From the human T2T-CHM13v2.0 reference genome, Homo sapiens: 64,000 nt of DNA. Where the stretch lies: NCBI RefSeq assembly GCF_009914755.1, contig NC_060927.1; one strand, given 5' to 3'. The position numbers were made by a program, and so were the translations under genes. This document shows positions 16,548 to 32,751 of this stretch, piece after piece (within the stretch, counting starts at the first letter, position 1; each line of letters opens with the position of its first letter). The notes beneath the pieces were generated by a model. That model worked only from the letters and a program-made list of their open reading frames with translations. It had not been told where the DNA came from and ran no database searches.

Positions 16548-17648
16548 TAAATGAAAACTTCAATCTTAGAGGACAGAAAATTCTTAACTCATCCTTCCAT
16601 GTGTGAAGGGCCCTTCTCCTCCCACTTCTGAATGCAGAGTCAGTGGTTCAAGTGCTCTAAAGCAGAAGTCACCCCATTCCACTAGAGTTCTTGGGCTTCT
16701 GTGGTTGTCCTTATGTGATGCCAGAAGTCTAGTCAGTTCAGTAGGAAAAATAATCTGTTGAACTAGTTACTTTGGCATAGTATCACTAAACCAACACAAG
16801 TACTGATTTGATTTTTCCCCCTTAAAAAACTGTTCTGGCATAATAAGCTTCTTCAACTTTCCTCACTTACGATATTAATAAAAATTGTGTGAAACCCCAC
16901 ATTATGGTAGTTGTAATATTTTAGCCCCAGTTTTTTTTTTTTTTAAATGCGTATAAAGTTATGACCTTCTCTGCAATAACTCTGTTTACCTCCAAGGCCC
17001 ACTGCAATGAGAACCATGCTATATTTAGCACAATTTATTCTGTGCTTAGCAGAATAACCTAGAAAACCCTGTTACAGTAAACGTACTCCCACAAAACACT
17101 TTAGAAAAAATTTTTCACCCAAAACACTTTCTACACAAATCATGAGGAAGAGAGATTATGTTTCTGCCATGCTTCTAACTTTCTGCTTGCACACAAAGGG
17201 TCTTTTCCAAATCTAGTAAGCACCATCTTCTCAAATCTAAATAAGCATGTTCTAACCAATGATCAGTTGTTACTTTCTATCTCTCCTCTGCTAAAGTCTT
17301 GGCCAGAAAAAGAATGTTCTAAATAAAAAAATCACTTCCTTCTACACAATTCCAATAAGAGCCTAAGTTTTAGAAATTCTTAAAACGAACACATAACACA
17401 GTCATGGGCAGTATACTATTAAGCCTTCCTAGTTATTGGATGTAGACATGGAGGTCAGACGAGCCTTTGAGATCATGATGTAAAATAAAAACGCTGAAGT
17501 GAGAGCTCTGGGCCTGGGTTTTAATCCTGACTCTATTAGTAGCAGACTTTGCGGAAGGCAATTAGCATATGTAAATCTGAATTTTTTCATTTGTAAAACA
17601 GAGGGGCTGATGCATCAAGGACACAGAGATGAGTAAGATATGGATTCT

Positions 17649-17805
17649 CCGGGACATGGTGGCACCTGCCTATACTATAATCCCTTCTCCTGCTAAGAAT
17701 CAGGAGGCTGACGTGGGAGAACTGCTTGAAGCCAGGAGTTCAAAACCAGCCTGAGCAACAGAGTGAGACCTACTGTCTATATAAAAAAAAAAAAAAAAAA
17801 AAAAA
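17649..17805 (+). mobile_element. Alu monomer (FLAM-like) with long poly(A)
   Basis: Single 7SL-derived arm ending in about A23; tggattc present on both flanks. Confidence 0.85.
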
Positions 17806-17989
17806 GGTGGATTCCACTGTCAAGGAGCTTGTGGTCTACTGGTATTTATCTTTCTGAAGAGATAATTTTCTACATAGGGACCATGTTTAACTTTTACTAC
17901 ATAAAGTATTAAAACCTAATAGAACTTTCCAGAAGGCACAGGTCAGCCACAGGAAGCAGACAATTCATGTATCATTTACATACCATTTT

Positions 17990-19080
17990 ACTTTTTTTAA
18001 TTTTTTCTTTTTGAAATAATTTTAGACTTACAGAAGACTTGCAAAGATAGTACAAAGGGTTCCCATATACCCTTCACCTCAGTTCCTCCAATGTTAACAT
18101 CTTACCTAACATTCATTAAAACTAGGAAATTAACATTGATGCAATACTATTAACTAAAATACAGACTTTATTTTAATATCACCAATTTTCTCCAGTGCTC
18201 TTTTTCTGTTCCAGGATCTGATCTATGATCCCACATTGCATTTAGCTGTCATGTCTCCTTAGTTTTCTACAGTCTCTAACAGTTCCTCAGTCTTTCCTTG
18301 CCTTTAATTACCCTGACACTTCTGAATAATACCGATTGGGAATTTGGTAGAATTTTCCTTAATTTGGGTTGGTCTGATATTTTCTCATTATTAGAGTGAG
18401 GTTATAAATTTTGGGGGAAAATAGCACAGAGGCAATATGCCCTCTCAGTGCATCCTATCAAGGGTACATGATGCTGACATGTCTAACTTCTGGCATTGTT
18501 AACCCTGATCATTTGGATAAGGTAGTATCTGCCAGGTTTGTCCATTATAAGGTTATTACTTTTTCTCTTTCTAATTAACAAATATTTTGCAGAAGATATT
18601 TTGGGGCTGTGCAAATATCCTCTTTAAACTTTCACTCACTAATTTTTTATTTTTTAAATAAACTTTTCTTTTTTTGAAGATGGGGTCTCGCTGTGTTGTC
18701 CAGGCTGGTCTTCAACTCCTAGGTTTGGGTGGTCCTCCTGCCCCAGCCTGTCTGAGTGCTGGGATTGTAGGCATGAGCCACCACACTTGGCCTAAATAAA
18801 CTTATCATTTTAGAAGAGTTCTAGATTTATTAAAAGGTTGCAAAGATAGTACATAGTACCCATTTTCCCCTATTGTTAATATGTTTCAGGTACGTTTGTC
18901 ACAACTATTAAACCAACACTGATACATTAACTAAACTATAAAATCTATCTAGTTCACTATATCCACTCATTTTAACATTCAATTGATCTTCCCTGTAGCA
19001 GTTATTATTGTGGTGTCCTACTTGTGATTTTGTTTTCCTCATTTTTTCTACACTGTTCATTGGAATTCTTCTGCAAGGAA
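17990..19080 (-). mobile_element. Old L1 (L1MC/MD-like) 3' fragments interrupted by an Alu monomer
   Basis: ttttgaaataattttagacttacagaagacttgcaaagatagtaca, with a second similar terminus near 18800. Confidence 0.65.
18666..18792 (-). mobile_element. Alu monomer (FLAM-like)
   Basis: gatggggtctcgctgtgttgtccaggctggtc...gagccaccacacttggcc. Confidence 0.85.
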
Positions 19081-20015
19081 AAAAAAAAAAAAAAACCCAG
19101 AGGGGCTGGACAAATAATTGTGTAAGCTCTCCAGCTATACCAAAATGCTGGTTTGTGGTTTAAAAAAATATATATGCACAATAATAGAGCCATTATTGGG
19201 TGGAATAAAACCATTGAAATTTATGTACAAAGAAAGAGTAAAATGAACGTGATAACATAGTTTCCAGTACTCTTGCCATAACAAAACATGAGTGTGGAAA
19301 CCTTTCCTTCCACTTAAGCAGAATTTCTGGTAATATAATTTTCTCAAAAGGGGAAATCATCTAAAACTTCCCAGTATTACATCTCTCTGAGACCTGTTAT
19401 ATCAAGTGCATTCTATCATGTATAAATTGGAAATATATCACTTATAATTAGTGATTTATAAAACAGGTAGGAAAGCAAGGAATTTGAGAAAACTGATGTT
19501 TTAAGTTTAGCTCCCTCTAGCTTTCTTCTAAGATTTCAATTATCCTCAAATGACCCATTTTCTTATTTTACCATTAAAAAAATATTTGAAATCTGATAAA
19601 TAACTTACTTTTTGTTTTAATAGAAAAACTTAGCACTCAGGAAAAAATAATTTTGCATACATGCAATGTATAAGAATTTCAAAGGAGAATGACATTATGA
19701 TATTACTTAAGTTGTATAATATTCATTCTTTGAAGAAATATTTACGAGTAACTAATACTGTGTGCAAGGCATTGAACATTAAATAATGTAGTTTATATTT
19801 TAAAATTGGAAAGAGTAATGTTGTCTATTTTCAATCTAATCTTTCTAAACAATATTAAAATTAGATGTGTCCAATGTGTCATATGACTAATTTTGGCATG
19901 TAATAGAATAAACTAAGAGGTAATTTAGGAAATTATTGATAAAATTGCCCGTTTTTCTATAATATACTCTATTTTATCTGTCCTACCTCTAGTTTCATAT
20001 TTTCTTCTCCCCTGA

Positions 20016-20454
<439 letters not shown>

Positions 20455-20830
20455 TAGCAGAGATTTGAGGCTTGGAAAAGGAAGGCTGCAAAGTTATGAT
20501 TTTTGTCAATTAAGATCATCCTAATTATTGAGAAAAGAGAACAAATGATAATAAAAAATAATATTTAAAATGGCTAGCATTTCTTAAGTACTTATTCTGT
20601 CCTAGACACTGTGCTAGAACTTTTAAACTGAGAGGTAGGAAGCCTTGATTAAAGAAACTGGAACTCTTCTAATTTTGATCCTAGCCATTAGTCAATTCTT
20701 TCTTGACTCAAAATTGAATAGACATATATTCAGACACGCATAAAATTTAAACTTTAATTATTATAAACTTTAATTATTATTTTATTATTAAAATAAACTT
20801 TAATTATTACAATATTTATCAAGATATTTA

Positions 20831-20944
<114 letters not shown>

Positions 20945-22023
20945 TTATAAGAGAAAGTCAGCACAGTTGACTATATTTCACTCATGCCACACAGCAGCCA
21001 GATGCTTATTCCTGATTCAATTAATCTTGCATGGAACTCACATTTCTTTGGTATTTAAAATTTACAACAAAGCCATTTCACAGATATTAATATAAATAAC
21101 TCTACAAATAAAGACTGCATTCTAAGATCTGGTTGAATTTGTTCACTTATAAGCAAGCAATTTATGAAAATAGACTTTAGTTTTGATTACTCCTATACAT
21201 CTCTCTTATTAACTCAATATTTTTACATTCACAAAATTGAACCAGATAAGGGGATAAAAATATGATAAGAGTTTCTGATTCTGGGTTGATGTAAACAGAT
21301 TTCAAATGTTTCAACTCATTTTACATGTCAGCCACAGTGATAACTCCCTATGCATAGAGTGGTATCAGATCAGACAAAATCCTGAGACTTCATCCATCAA
21401 GGTATGTACCCATAAAAGCTTTATTTCTGGAAAGAAAGTGACATATTTTTCAAAGAGAAGATAAAGTGATATGCCTGAGTCAAATACCTACACATTTCTA
21501 AAGATGATTCAGAAATTATAAGCACAATTTATTTAGCAAAAAAAAATCACACACAAAACCAGAAACATAAAATAAGCTTTACTACTGATGAGTAACAAAA
21601 AATTTACTAGCTAGTTTTATTCACTTATGGACCTTACTTCTCTTTAATTAATGGCCTTATTCTTTAATGCCATGACAATTAATAAATATATGCTTGAGGA
21701 CAGTAGTAGTATACCTTTAGATGAAAATAATTAATTGTGAAAGAAAATTCATAAATATCAAAGTGAGACAAGTAGATAGTATTTGGATTGTTTCCAACCT
21801 CATTTATCACAACCAAATGTCCTGTGTTAAAATTCACATTTAATAATTTTTTAAAAACACTATTTTTATATTTCACTAAATGAAGAACACTTTGAAGTGC
21901 TGGAGATCTATTATGGTGGCTATTAATCATCTAATCAGGAATAATTTCCAAAACAAACAGCAAGACCTTTTGAAATCAGAGGGGAGATTTCTGGAAAGTC
22001 AGCCATAATTAACTGTGCAGTTA

Positions 22024-22329
<306 letters not shown>

Positions 22330-23105
22330 TTAAATAAACAACAACAGAATTGATTTATTTGGGAAATACCATAAGTAGAACCAAGCTTATAAAATGCTGA
22401 GCGAACTTTTTCCATAAGACCTTGGTTAGGCCATTTTATCATAATCTGATATATAATTGAACATTGAAATACATAAGAGAGCCAATAAAGCCAAGTTAAC
22501 TTTTTATTTGATTAAATGACAGCATTAGTATCATGGTATGGATATTAACATAACGGAAATTATAGGAAAAGTTGCTATATGCCTTACCTAGGCAATGAAA
22601 ACCGTAAGAACCATGCAGTCCCAAGAAAAGAACTGAAAGCATGGGAGAACATGAAGTATTACAGAATTACAGCTTAAGCCAAATATGGGTAACTCAGAAA
22701 GAAAAAACTAAATGTATAGGAGGGTATTGCCTAAGACTACATTAAATTAACATCTGGATATGCCATATTTTTATGTAGGATCATATACAAAGAATTTTGA
22801 TTAAATATTAATTTTATCAAAGACAAAGACTAAGTTGAAATGACAGTTCATCATATGTTAATATAATTTCATATAACATAACTTGGCATGTGCCTTGTAA
22901 GACAGGGGGAGCAGTTTATGTAACCACACTTTTCGAGAAACATTCTTGAAAGAAAACTATCCCTGCCTAATTCTTCCCCTCTAGTAATCTAATTTTTGTT
23001 GTTTATAATCTTCAAGTTTTTGTACACCTGCACACTTATTTGAGAGTCACAAGCAGAAGATGGCATTTACTTTTAAAGTTGGCTTGATCCCTGTTTTTTA
23101 AAAAC

Positions 23106-23233
23106 TTTTTGTAGAGATGGAGTCTCACTATGTTGCTCAGGCTGGTCTTGAACTCCTGGTCTCAAGCAATCCTTCCACCTGCTTCGGTCTCCCAAAGTGC
23201 TGGGATTATAGGCATAAGCTACTGTGCCCAGTC
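23106..23233 (-). mobile_element. Alu left monomer (FLAM-C-like)
   Basis: gtagagatggagtctcactatgttgctcaggctgg...cccaaagtgctgggattatagg. Confidence 0.85.
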
Positions 23234-26200
23234 TTAGCTTGATTCTTAAGCTCCACAGCCAGAGGGACTCTCCCCTTTCCTTTGACCCTCTCAACATGTT
23301 GTGTTTCCTCAGGGCTCACATTTTATTTGGAAGCTGCTTATTACTGAATTTTTAAGTAGAAAAACAAACTTTCAGGCCATCCTGTTAAATCAACTCACCC
23401 ATTATTTATTTGATTCTCAGGGCAGTGTGCCATTAGAAAGCTCAAGAAGCTATTTTAAAAGGTGTTTGCATTCTATATGCATTACATAAAAATCTCAAAG
23501 AGCTGTGATGCTAGACCAGAAGACACATAAGAACTGAGATGATCACTGCAAATTCAAACAACTGGTCAACCCAAGAAACTATCCTTTTGCTAATGAGACA
23601 GCAGGACAGAGATGGAGGCCTAATTTATGAGCTCAAGTTAAAAATAAAAGGCAACATTTCCTACTCAGAAGGAAAAATTAACAAGACATATATTCTGTGG
23701 ACACACAGCTGGACAGAATACCATCAGCTTCTTAAAGTAGAGCAAAGTCTTAACAGCATGGCCTGAACATGATCTCTTCTCACAAAAGGAATATTGTGTG
23801 TTTGATTCTTCAAGTGACTATTCATGTTCTAGTTAGTTCTCTTTTTTCCCCCTTTATCCTGGAGCCTGCCCTCTCATTTCATGCCCGGACTCCTAATGTT
23901 AGCTACAAATTGCAACGTACAGGGTACTACTGCCAATTTGCCAAATGTCTTTCATCAAACACGGTACAAAAAAATCTCAGAGGAAAGTCAAGATACATTT
24001 ACTTGTCAGACGACAAATGTGAACGCATCGGGAGGCAGTAAGGGCTATAAGCTCAGGGGTTTGATTCATAATCACTCAGCTGCTAAAACATTCTCCACAG
24101 ATGCAAGTGGACAGCACATTTGTCACTATGAAGGATTTTGACACATACTGATCACAGGGCAGAGATATGGAATGATGCTGCTGCTCACAGAGGTTGGAGG
24201 AAATTCTGTCTCTGCAGAATATGGTCATTATTCCCTTCTAGACAGAGCATTAGCATGTCCATGTTACTTTGGATTTATTTGTTAAAAAATCAATCCAGAA
24301 ATATTTTATGATACTCTTGTATTTGCATTTATTCCTTCTAATTGTTCCTTGCAGAAAATCATTTTGATATTCCACCCAGCAAGAAATAAGTTTTCTGAGT
24401 GAAAAATGAACTCTGGCCTTTAAACTGATTAGTACTACTAACAAGCATGGGTAAGGGTCATGATCACACACATTTATTGGGAAGAACAGTTAATGCATGG
24501 GTAATGATTATAAATGTTTTATTTATGTACATTTAATATTTAAGTAAAATTTCATTATCTAGTGGTTTTAAATCATTTGAGTGTCCATCTTGCTGACATA
24601 CTCAGACTCCTGCAACAAAACATCTCATAGAAACACGTTTCCTTTTATATGGAAAATAGCTTACTCATGACTATTATTCTCGGCTTTCATCTTCAGCACA
24701 CATAAACCACAAGTCCTTCAAGTTATTTGAGAGCAATTGGCTGTTGAGAAATGTGTCTTGCTTTAGTAGCTGCTAATAGCTAGCTCCTTTTGAAGAAAGA
24801 TCACTGTGATTACTTTACCTCAAACTGTTTCGATTTGGGAAAACCATCAAGAAACAAGAAAATATATTATGGGCTTGATGGCTAAATAATGACATTCTTA
24901 AAGGTAATAGGAAAAAGAATAAGGGTTACGCAAGTGTCTTACAAGCCTCCCCCACCTTTGGCTTCTGGTGTCAAATGAAAAGAGGATTAAATTGGAGTGG
25001 GGAAAGGGAGGGAAAGACGATGGGAAGCGAGCTGAGGGTAACTATTAACACACATACACACGTACACAAAACATTTTCTGCCCAGCCAGCAACCACTGAA
25101 GCAACATAAAAGCCTTCGTTGAATCCTTCTTTTCATCTTCCTAATGTGTGCTCTTATAGCAGTTGACCTCAGTTGAAAAGAATAAGTTTCCACATTAAGA
25201 TAAACAGAAGTGACTCAGACATCTGCTAGTTGGGGTAACTTGGCAGTTCTGTGATCAACATCAGCCCTAGTCAACACCTTAGATTAAGATATTGGATTAA
25301 CACGAACTCTATTGAGTGCACAGATCAAAACCCCAACTCTCTCTTGCTATCTGGTCTGAGTCACGTGATGTTCCTCCAAAAGTAACACTTTTTTGCAGGA
25401 GAAATAGTAAGTTTTGACATTCATTTTAAATTTTAAAAATCAAGATAAATTGGAATAAATGGAACAGAATCTAGCTATATGTTTTTAAATTATGAAAAAA
25501 TCAAATGAAAAGAGCAATATGTACTACTAGGAATAAGAAATTTGCTGAGAATGGGGAAATCAAAGGGGTAAAATTAGATCATATATTTTAAAAATATATT
25601 ACCCTGTGATCCATTAATGTCATAGGCTAATCTAAGATCAGTAAATGACAGTTTTTTTCCTATGGAACAGTAATTTTTATTTACATATATAATAGTTGAT
25701 GTTATCTGCAGCCAGATGTCTGGAAGAGGAAGTCATTTCACCCTGTTCCAGTCCCCAAGAGGCTATTAACTTTATACTGACGCAAACTAATATTTAGACA
25801 CAATTCCCTAGCTCCTACCAAAAAATGTAGCTATCTCTCTAGTCAAATAAAGTTAGTATTTTTAAAAACATTTCAGCAGGCAAGATATTATCAACTGGGT
25901 CCTAAGCACTTAACATTTATTATCTGGCAGCCAATAATTGATGACAAAAAGGTTTCTCATTAAAACTATTAAAGTGACAACCTGATTATATGAAATGATA
26001 TGTCCAACAACACCATGAATTATGTGACCTAATGTTTTACAAATTCGATTACACATGACTTTATCATAAAATAACTAACTTTTCATAAATAACTTATGAT
26101 GGGAAAGTTTGTAGATTTGGTGATTTTCTATATTTATTCACTTGATAATCTTGAGAAATCTCAAAATCATGGTCATATGGGGGAGAAGTAAATATTCCTA

Positions 26201-26264
26201 TTTTATGGTTATCCCACTCCATGTATCACATTCAGCAGTCATGATTATGAAATCACTTAGTTTT

Positions 26265-26415
26265 TTCTTTATTTTTGTGAGTACATTGTAGGTGTATATA
26301 TCTGTGGGATACATGAGATGTTTTCATACAGGCATACAACGTGAAATAATCATATCACGGAGAATGGAATATTCATCCCCTCAAGCATGTATCCTTTGTG
26401 TTACAAACAATCCAC
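26265..26415 (-). mobile_element. L1 (L1MA-like) extreme 3' end fragment
   Basis: tttttgtgagtacattgtaggtgtatatat...catcccctcaagcat...gttacaaacaatcca. Confidence 0.7.
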
Positions 26416-27890
26416 ATAGAGGTTTTTTTACCACGAAAAATTATAAACATATATCTTTAATATTTCCTACTAATATCTGTTTTATAATACAAATGTAAAT
26501 CACATCTCTGAAAAACCTGTGACTCAATGGAATGGGAATGTTTCAAAGCATTGCAACGGCAATCACTATGCTGTTGTATTATAAGAAAAGGTAGTTTAAC
26601 TTAAAATCTATATTGCCTTGGTAAGTTGGTACAATCATTGGCCATGTATGTAAGGGGTCAACACCTTAAGCTTCAACCACCTAACAAGAGAGCTATTGTC
26701 AAAGTCATACTGTACCTTAGAAAAGATGAGGACCGTGAGGCACAATACTCAAGACAGATCTCTACCAGGAAAGGCAAAGGAAGAATACTGGAAATGTAGG
26801 CCAGGATAATCAGAAAACAACCCCATCTATTGCACAACTTTGCCTAAGTTAGTGGGTTGATCTCTCTTCCTCTCTCTCCATAAATATTTGTGTACATTTG
26901 AAATAAACTTAAACCTTAAAAGTCTATCAGAATGAGAAAAATCACAATTTTACATATTCCACAAAAGAGATAAAATGAAGGAATTTCTCATAAAGAAAAA
27001 TTAACATCAAATAGAGGAAATAGGTTAGTGCTAAAATGCTTCAATTAAGTTTATATATAATGATTCAGTGACTTTAAAAGGACAGCTAAACTATATCCCA
27101 AGATTTTGCTCATTCATCAGAAATCAGCATAATTTTCAGTGAAAAAGAGAAACAAAAACACATATACTTAGAGAATATTTTTAACTATATGTTATTTCCA
27201 CTGACCAGGTTTTATTTGGGGGTAAAAACTAAATAAGCAGTATTCTTTGTATCCTGAATATCTTCCACAATAAAAATAAAGCTATCCCCTAATATTATTA
27301 ATTGAAACTGACTGGATCTGGAAATAGTAACTGAAAGTCAAGGAAGTGAAACTAGATGCTAAAAGATCCATTCACTAGTTACACATGAATTTGTAAACAT
27401 TTAGTTTTATATCTTCAAATAGCCAGAACCAATTTCTGCCCTAGGATATATAGATGTGAATTCCCATGTCAGCCTGTATCTACACAGGAGTTCAGGTTTT
27501 ATCCTTTAGAAGGCTTTATCAAAAGCATCTTTACATGCTGATACAGGCTCCACCAAATAATGGTTGTTTTCACTTAGTGACCCATTTCGAAGCCTCGTTT
27601 AACAGCGTGTTCCCAGGTGTCCAGAAAGAGCTCCGTATCAAGGTATAATTATGTGGAATGCATCAGATTTATCGAATAAAATCATTCTGTAAACAATTTC
27701 TATCCCACTAAATGCCCAATTATAACTGAAAGAATGCAGCTTGAGAAAGCAGGGAAACTATCTGCTGGAACCATATCACGTAATGGAAAGGGGTTCAGAA
27801 TTATTTATGTCTGTACAGCAATTTAGAATGTAAGCTGTTTTCTTTTTAATGCTACATCACTTTAGTCAAAAATATAAGTAGGAAACTTAC

Positions 27891-27917
27891 CCAAGTTCTC
27901 TGATCAGGCAGTTGGAA
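27891..27917 (-). CDS. MECOM: MECOM 27-nt alternative microexon (exon 10), FQLPDQRTW (Rp9)
   Basis: U-rich tract then CTCCCAG|TTC...TGG|GTAAGT; phase 0/0; required to reach 1051 aa. Confidence 0.93.
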
Positions 27918-29382
27918 CTGGGAGCAAAATTGAAACAAAAACAAAAAATTACTTCTGTGTTGGTATCTTTATTGCAATCTATCCTTTGAGAAATTAACAT
28001 TTGTACTAACTTAGTAATTTTTGCTTATCATGTAACTGTACCTTGAGTAAAAGCTTTGGAAATAAAAATTAAATATTGTTATAACTCTGTTGAATTTCCT
28101 CTGTTTACCTAAATGGAATGTTTGAATCAAGGTTAATTTCCACAAGAAAGCTAAATGCTACCTACTAGCAAATCTTACAGCAAAGCAGATGCTTCCTTTT
28201 TATTAACTACTACTTGCTATAAAACAATATCCTTAAACTTAGTTTAATTACTAAAAATTAGGCCATTTCCTGTAAAAATCCAATCTCTTGCATTTGTATA
28301 ATGTTAATAACAAAGAAAAGATATTTACTCAAATATGAATCACTAAATAACAAAAGGATAATGAAAGGATAATGTACTTGGAAATTCACTACTTGATTTT
28401 TATTAGCATAGGACTCAGACCATCAGTAGTCAGAACAGTTAAGAACGTTAATGGAAAACTAAAAAGATCTAGCTCTTAATGACAAATTCTGACAAGAGTC
28501 ACTGGGAAAACCTTCAGTGGGTTAGAAGCTCTTCCAGGAGACACAAAAGTTATATACGCTTAAAAATATCATTTTGCTTGGTTAAAGGAGATATATATTT
28601 TGCTTATACATGTTTTGGTATATTTAATAAGGAATATATGTAGTTTTTAAAGGATGAAAACTTGATTGCAGAAGAAATCTAACCATATGAAACACTTGTT
28701 GAAAGCAAAATAGAAGATGAAGAACAGAAGATTTAAGTGATTTTTCACATCAATGTGTAAATTATAACTTAGGAAAAGACTGTCTCCTCAGTTCCTTGGA
28801 ATGTAGTAGCATGATAATCAGCCAATTTAAAAGAAAGAAAATATAAAAGAATGAAGAAAGGATAGAAATGTAAGTAAAAGAGAGTCTGTTGCAGATGTAC
28901 TCAAAGCCAAACATTTGGAAATAAAATGTGCAAATAACCAAAAATAATATTAAAAGTATAGTAAAATCAAACCAAGGAATAATAGCCACTTTTACAATAG
29001 TGTAATTGCAAAATGACTTCCATGGATGTTCAAATGGGCTATCAGTGTGAATGCAAAGGATCCAAAATAGGAACAAACGAAATGGACATTCAGAGGTCAC
29101 ACAGTAATAACATTCCCTGCATCTTACCTATTTGTGGCCATTCAACTCCTTTTCAAAATTACAGTGACCATAAATAATTTTCAATCACATATGCAGGGGA
29201 AGCCTCTACAACGCTTATTTCTCCCTTAGAGTAAACTAACTTATTTGTAAAAGAAAACTAGAAGACTAAATAGTTCTCACCTGGCCTGATAGAGCAAACA
29301 TGCTTCTTCAAGAATTGAACTAAGAGAAGACTTTAGACCCTCAGCATTCATCTTTTAATTTTGATGTATGCATTCATGTATC

Positions 29383-29680
<298 letters not shown>

Positions 29681-32600
29681 TCTTCTAAGTATTTTTGACA
29701 GAATTTTTAAAATACGTATTATTCCAAAACGCAATAATATAGCCTAATAATCTTTCAATAAAATTCAATATATTTTTATTTACTGAGGTGTTCACTTATC
29801 ACTGATTAGGAATTATGGAATGGGAAGGAATATGCTGGGAACAATATAAAGATATTCAAAAATTGTAAAACCAGACTTGCCCAGAGAATACCACTATGAA
29901 GCATCCTTCTTTCTTTTCCCTAAAACATTGAGAATTTGATCCTCCCTTTATTATTATGATAACCCAAGAAATAGGGCAGATATTATTCCCATTTTGAAAT
30001 GAAGATCCAGATGCTGAGAGGGTCCATGTGATTTACTCCAATATACTTAAATGGAAAATGAAGCAATGAACAGTTTTATGCAAGCACATTAGCTATGAAA
30101 TCATAACAAGCACTAAGAACAGAGGCAAGTCATTCTGTTTTGGCTCCTTGATCTGTGCCCCCCTTACTTCTGCAGTGAGGTCATGCCAAGAATACAATAA
30201 GCATCTTTTCAAGCACTCCTAGATACATGGCATGGCCCTGGCAAAGAAATTGGGCATAAATATTTATATTTATAATAAAATGCTTTTGCACCCACTAATA
30301 AGAGCTCTTCCTCATTTAGGTCCTTCCACATGCCAAGCACAATGCTAAATATGTTGCGTACATAAATGCCAGCTCTTCCAGCTACCCTGGGAAGGGTAAG
30401 ACTTGATGAAAGAGGAAGAGGGCTCACCTGTATCCCAGCTTGTATCCCAGCTATATATAGCATGACACAAGAAAACAGCCATGATATTTATAAAAACAAT
30501 GAAATATTTCTGTAATAGTCGGTAAATAGCCTTTGCCCTAAGCACCCTGAGTGTTCCCCTGCTTCCTTGGCCTCTTCCCCAAACACCCCTCAGATAGTCC
30601 CACTATCCAGCAAATAAAACATTGGCAGTTGATGCAGCAAAAGCCTCCAGTATCCTGCTCCAGAATGGCAGAAATCCATTCCGATTGGTAGGTATTCATG
30701 ACGCATCAGGTTCTAAGTATTTTGATCACCACTCTTGGGTCCTGTTCTAATAGCAACATGCAGCAATAGGGAATCCCTTACACCAAGACGTGACATTCTG
30801 GTGTAGGAGGGAATCACTGCCACTGTGCTCCCACAGGCGTGTTTGTGAAGATCTGAGGAATGACTGCTATGCTCGAAGCACTGGACACATGCCTCATCTT
30901 TTGTGATCCTTAATTAACTTTGGGAATGTTAAAATATAACATATTTGCTCTCTTATGATTTTATTTTAAAATATATACCTACTACATTGCTAACAGCTGC
31001 GAATTCATACAGAATGAATGGTTGACAAAACTGCCCATCTTATGAACTGGTAAATTTACCTTAGTTAGCAAAACATCTTTGAATTTCAAAGTGGATAGAA
31101 ACCTTACACCCGACTCTCTCATTTTTCAAACAGGAAAACTAAGAGCCAGGTAGACTAAGATGTTCAAAGACACTGAATCCCTTTTTGGTTTTTCTCCATT
31201 CTACCGTGAACCCATAGCACTCAATTTTGAAATGGTTAATTACTAAATTGTAAAGATTATCAGAACATGAAAATCACTTGACTACTGTAATTAATATTAC
31301 TGTAATTAATTTTTGTAACATTAATGTATACATGAATATTATATGTTCATAAGTATTTATTTATAATTATAAAGGAAGTATCAAGAGAGATGTACTTTTT
31401 GTACAATATCTGACACAAAATATGTGCTACATTCCAGTTTATTAGCCTATGAAACTTTACAAGTACTATTTAGATCAGTCTAAATATAAAATATAGTCCC
31501 GATAAACATTAACTGTTTTGTAACTTACTTCTTTTCCATAAAGTAATTATGTGAGTAACATTCTTTAATCTTCCTATATAAAATTAATACTAACTGGAAT
31601 GTTTCTGAAACTTTTACTGCTAAACCACATATTATCTCATTTTGAAAGGGAGTGAGAGTTCTTTAGTAATAGTAGATTTATCCAACTAACCCAGAAGATT
31701 GTGTTACAACTCTCATACTCTTTATTCAGGACTCTAGAAAGATACTTGAAAAAATACAAAAGAGGTAACAGAAAGGAAAAGGAAAAAAGAACCATATCCC
31801 ATGATCTTTATTTAATTAATTTAATTACCTCATAGCTTTCCATAAGACAGCTTGCATAAACTTCCCCTGATTTTATTAGAGAACCATCATTTTTTGTTTG
31901 AACATATTACAACAGAACAAATTAGTTTATTCTATTTTTAAGAATTTTTATTAAAATGTTGCTATCTATAAAGACCAGAGCTTGCATCCTTTAAACAAAA
32001 GTAAAATAAATTTTAAATTAAGAAACCACATTCAAGATGTTTATATACCGTATTTGTTCTTTCAATACGATTTTCCACATGGTGGAAAATATGTAAACCT
32101 GTTTTTTAAAATTACTAAATGTATAAGGACTTTAGGATGAACCAATTAGAGATAGTGCTGCTTTGCATTTTCCTTGCAATGATAAACTGTATATATTTTG
32201 ATAAATGAACACAATTCTATTCTGCAAATAGCACTGTGCATTGTGGTGAATTCTTGTGCAATTACAGAGCTTTGCTGGAATGCTCAGTGGTCTCTAGATA
32301 AATTCCTTCACCCTCTATGGTAACAACTTGTCAGGTAGACTCATTTCCTGTTTTTATCTAAGCCCGAAAAGAACAAGAATGACCTTCATGAGTATGGGAC
32401 GAGTCACAGTATGATCTATTTCTTAGTATCAGCAACCACCACACACAAAACACATCTTGGATATTTATTTTCTTAACTGAATCCTGCTCACTCCAAAATG
32501 CACTTTAACTCAATAAACAGTTAATAGCAGACAATCATTTAACACTGAAATCATGTTATTTTTACACATATATTAACTAATTTTTCTTTAAAGAGTTTGG

Positions 32601-32751
32601 GTTTTAATTCTGCTAGAATTTCCTGTGTTCTTCCACACCAGCGTCATAGGAAATCCTAATGTTCTCAAGATGTCTTTCATTTCATTGCACCTGCTTTTCA
32701 GGATCAACAAGTTAGTTTACAAGCTGGAAATCTCAAATCCAAAATACTTAC

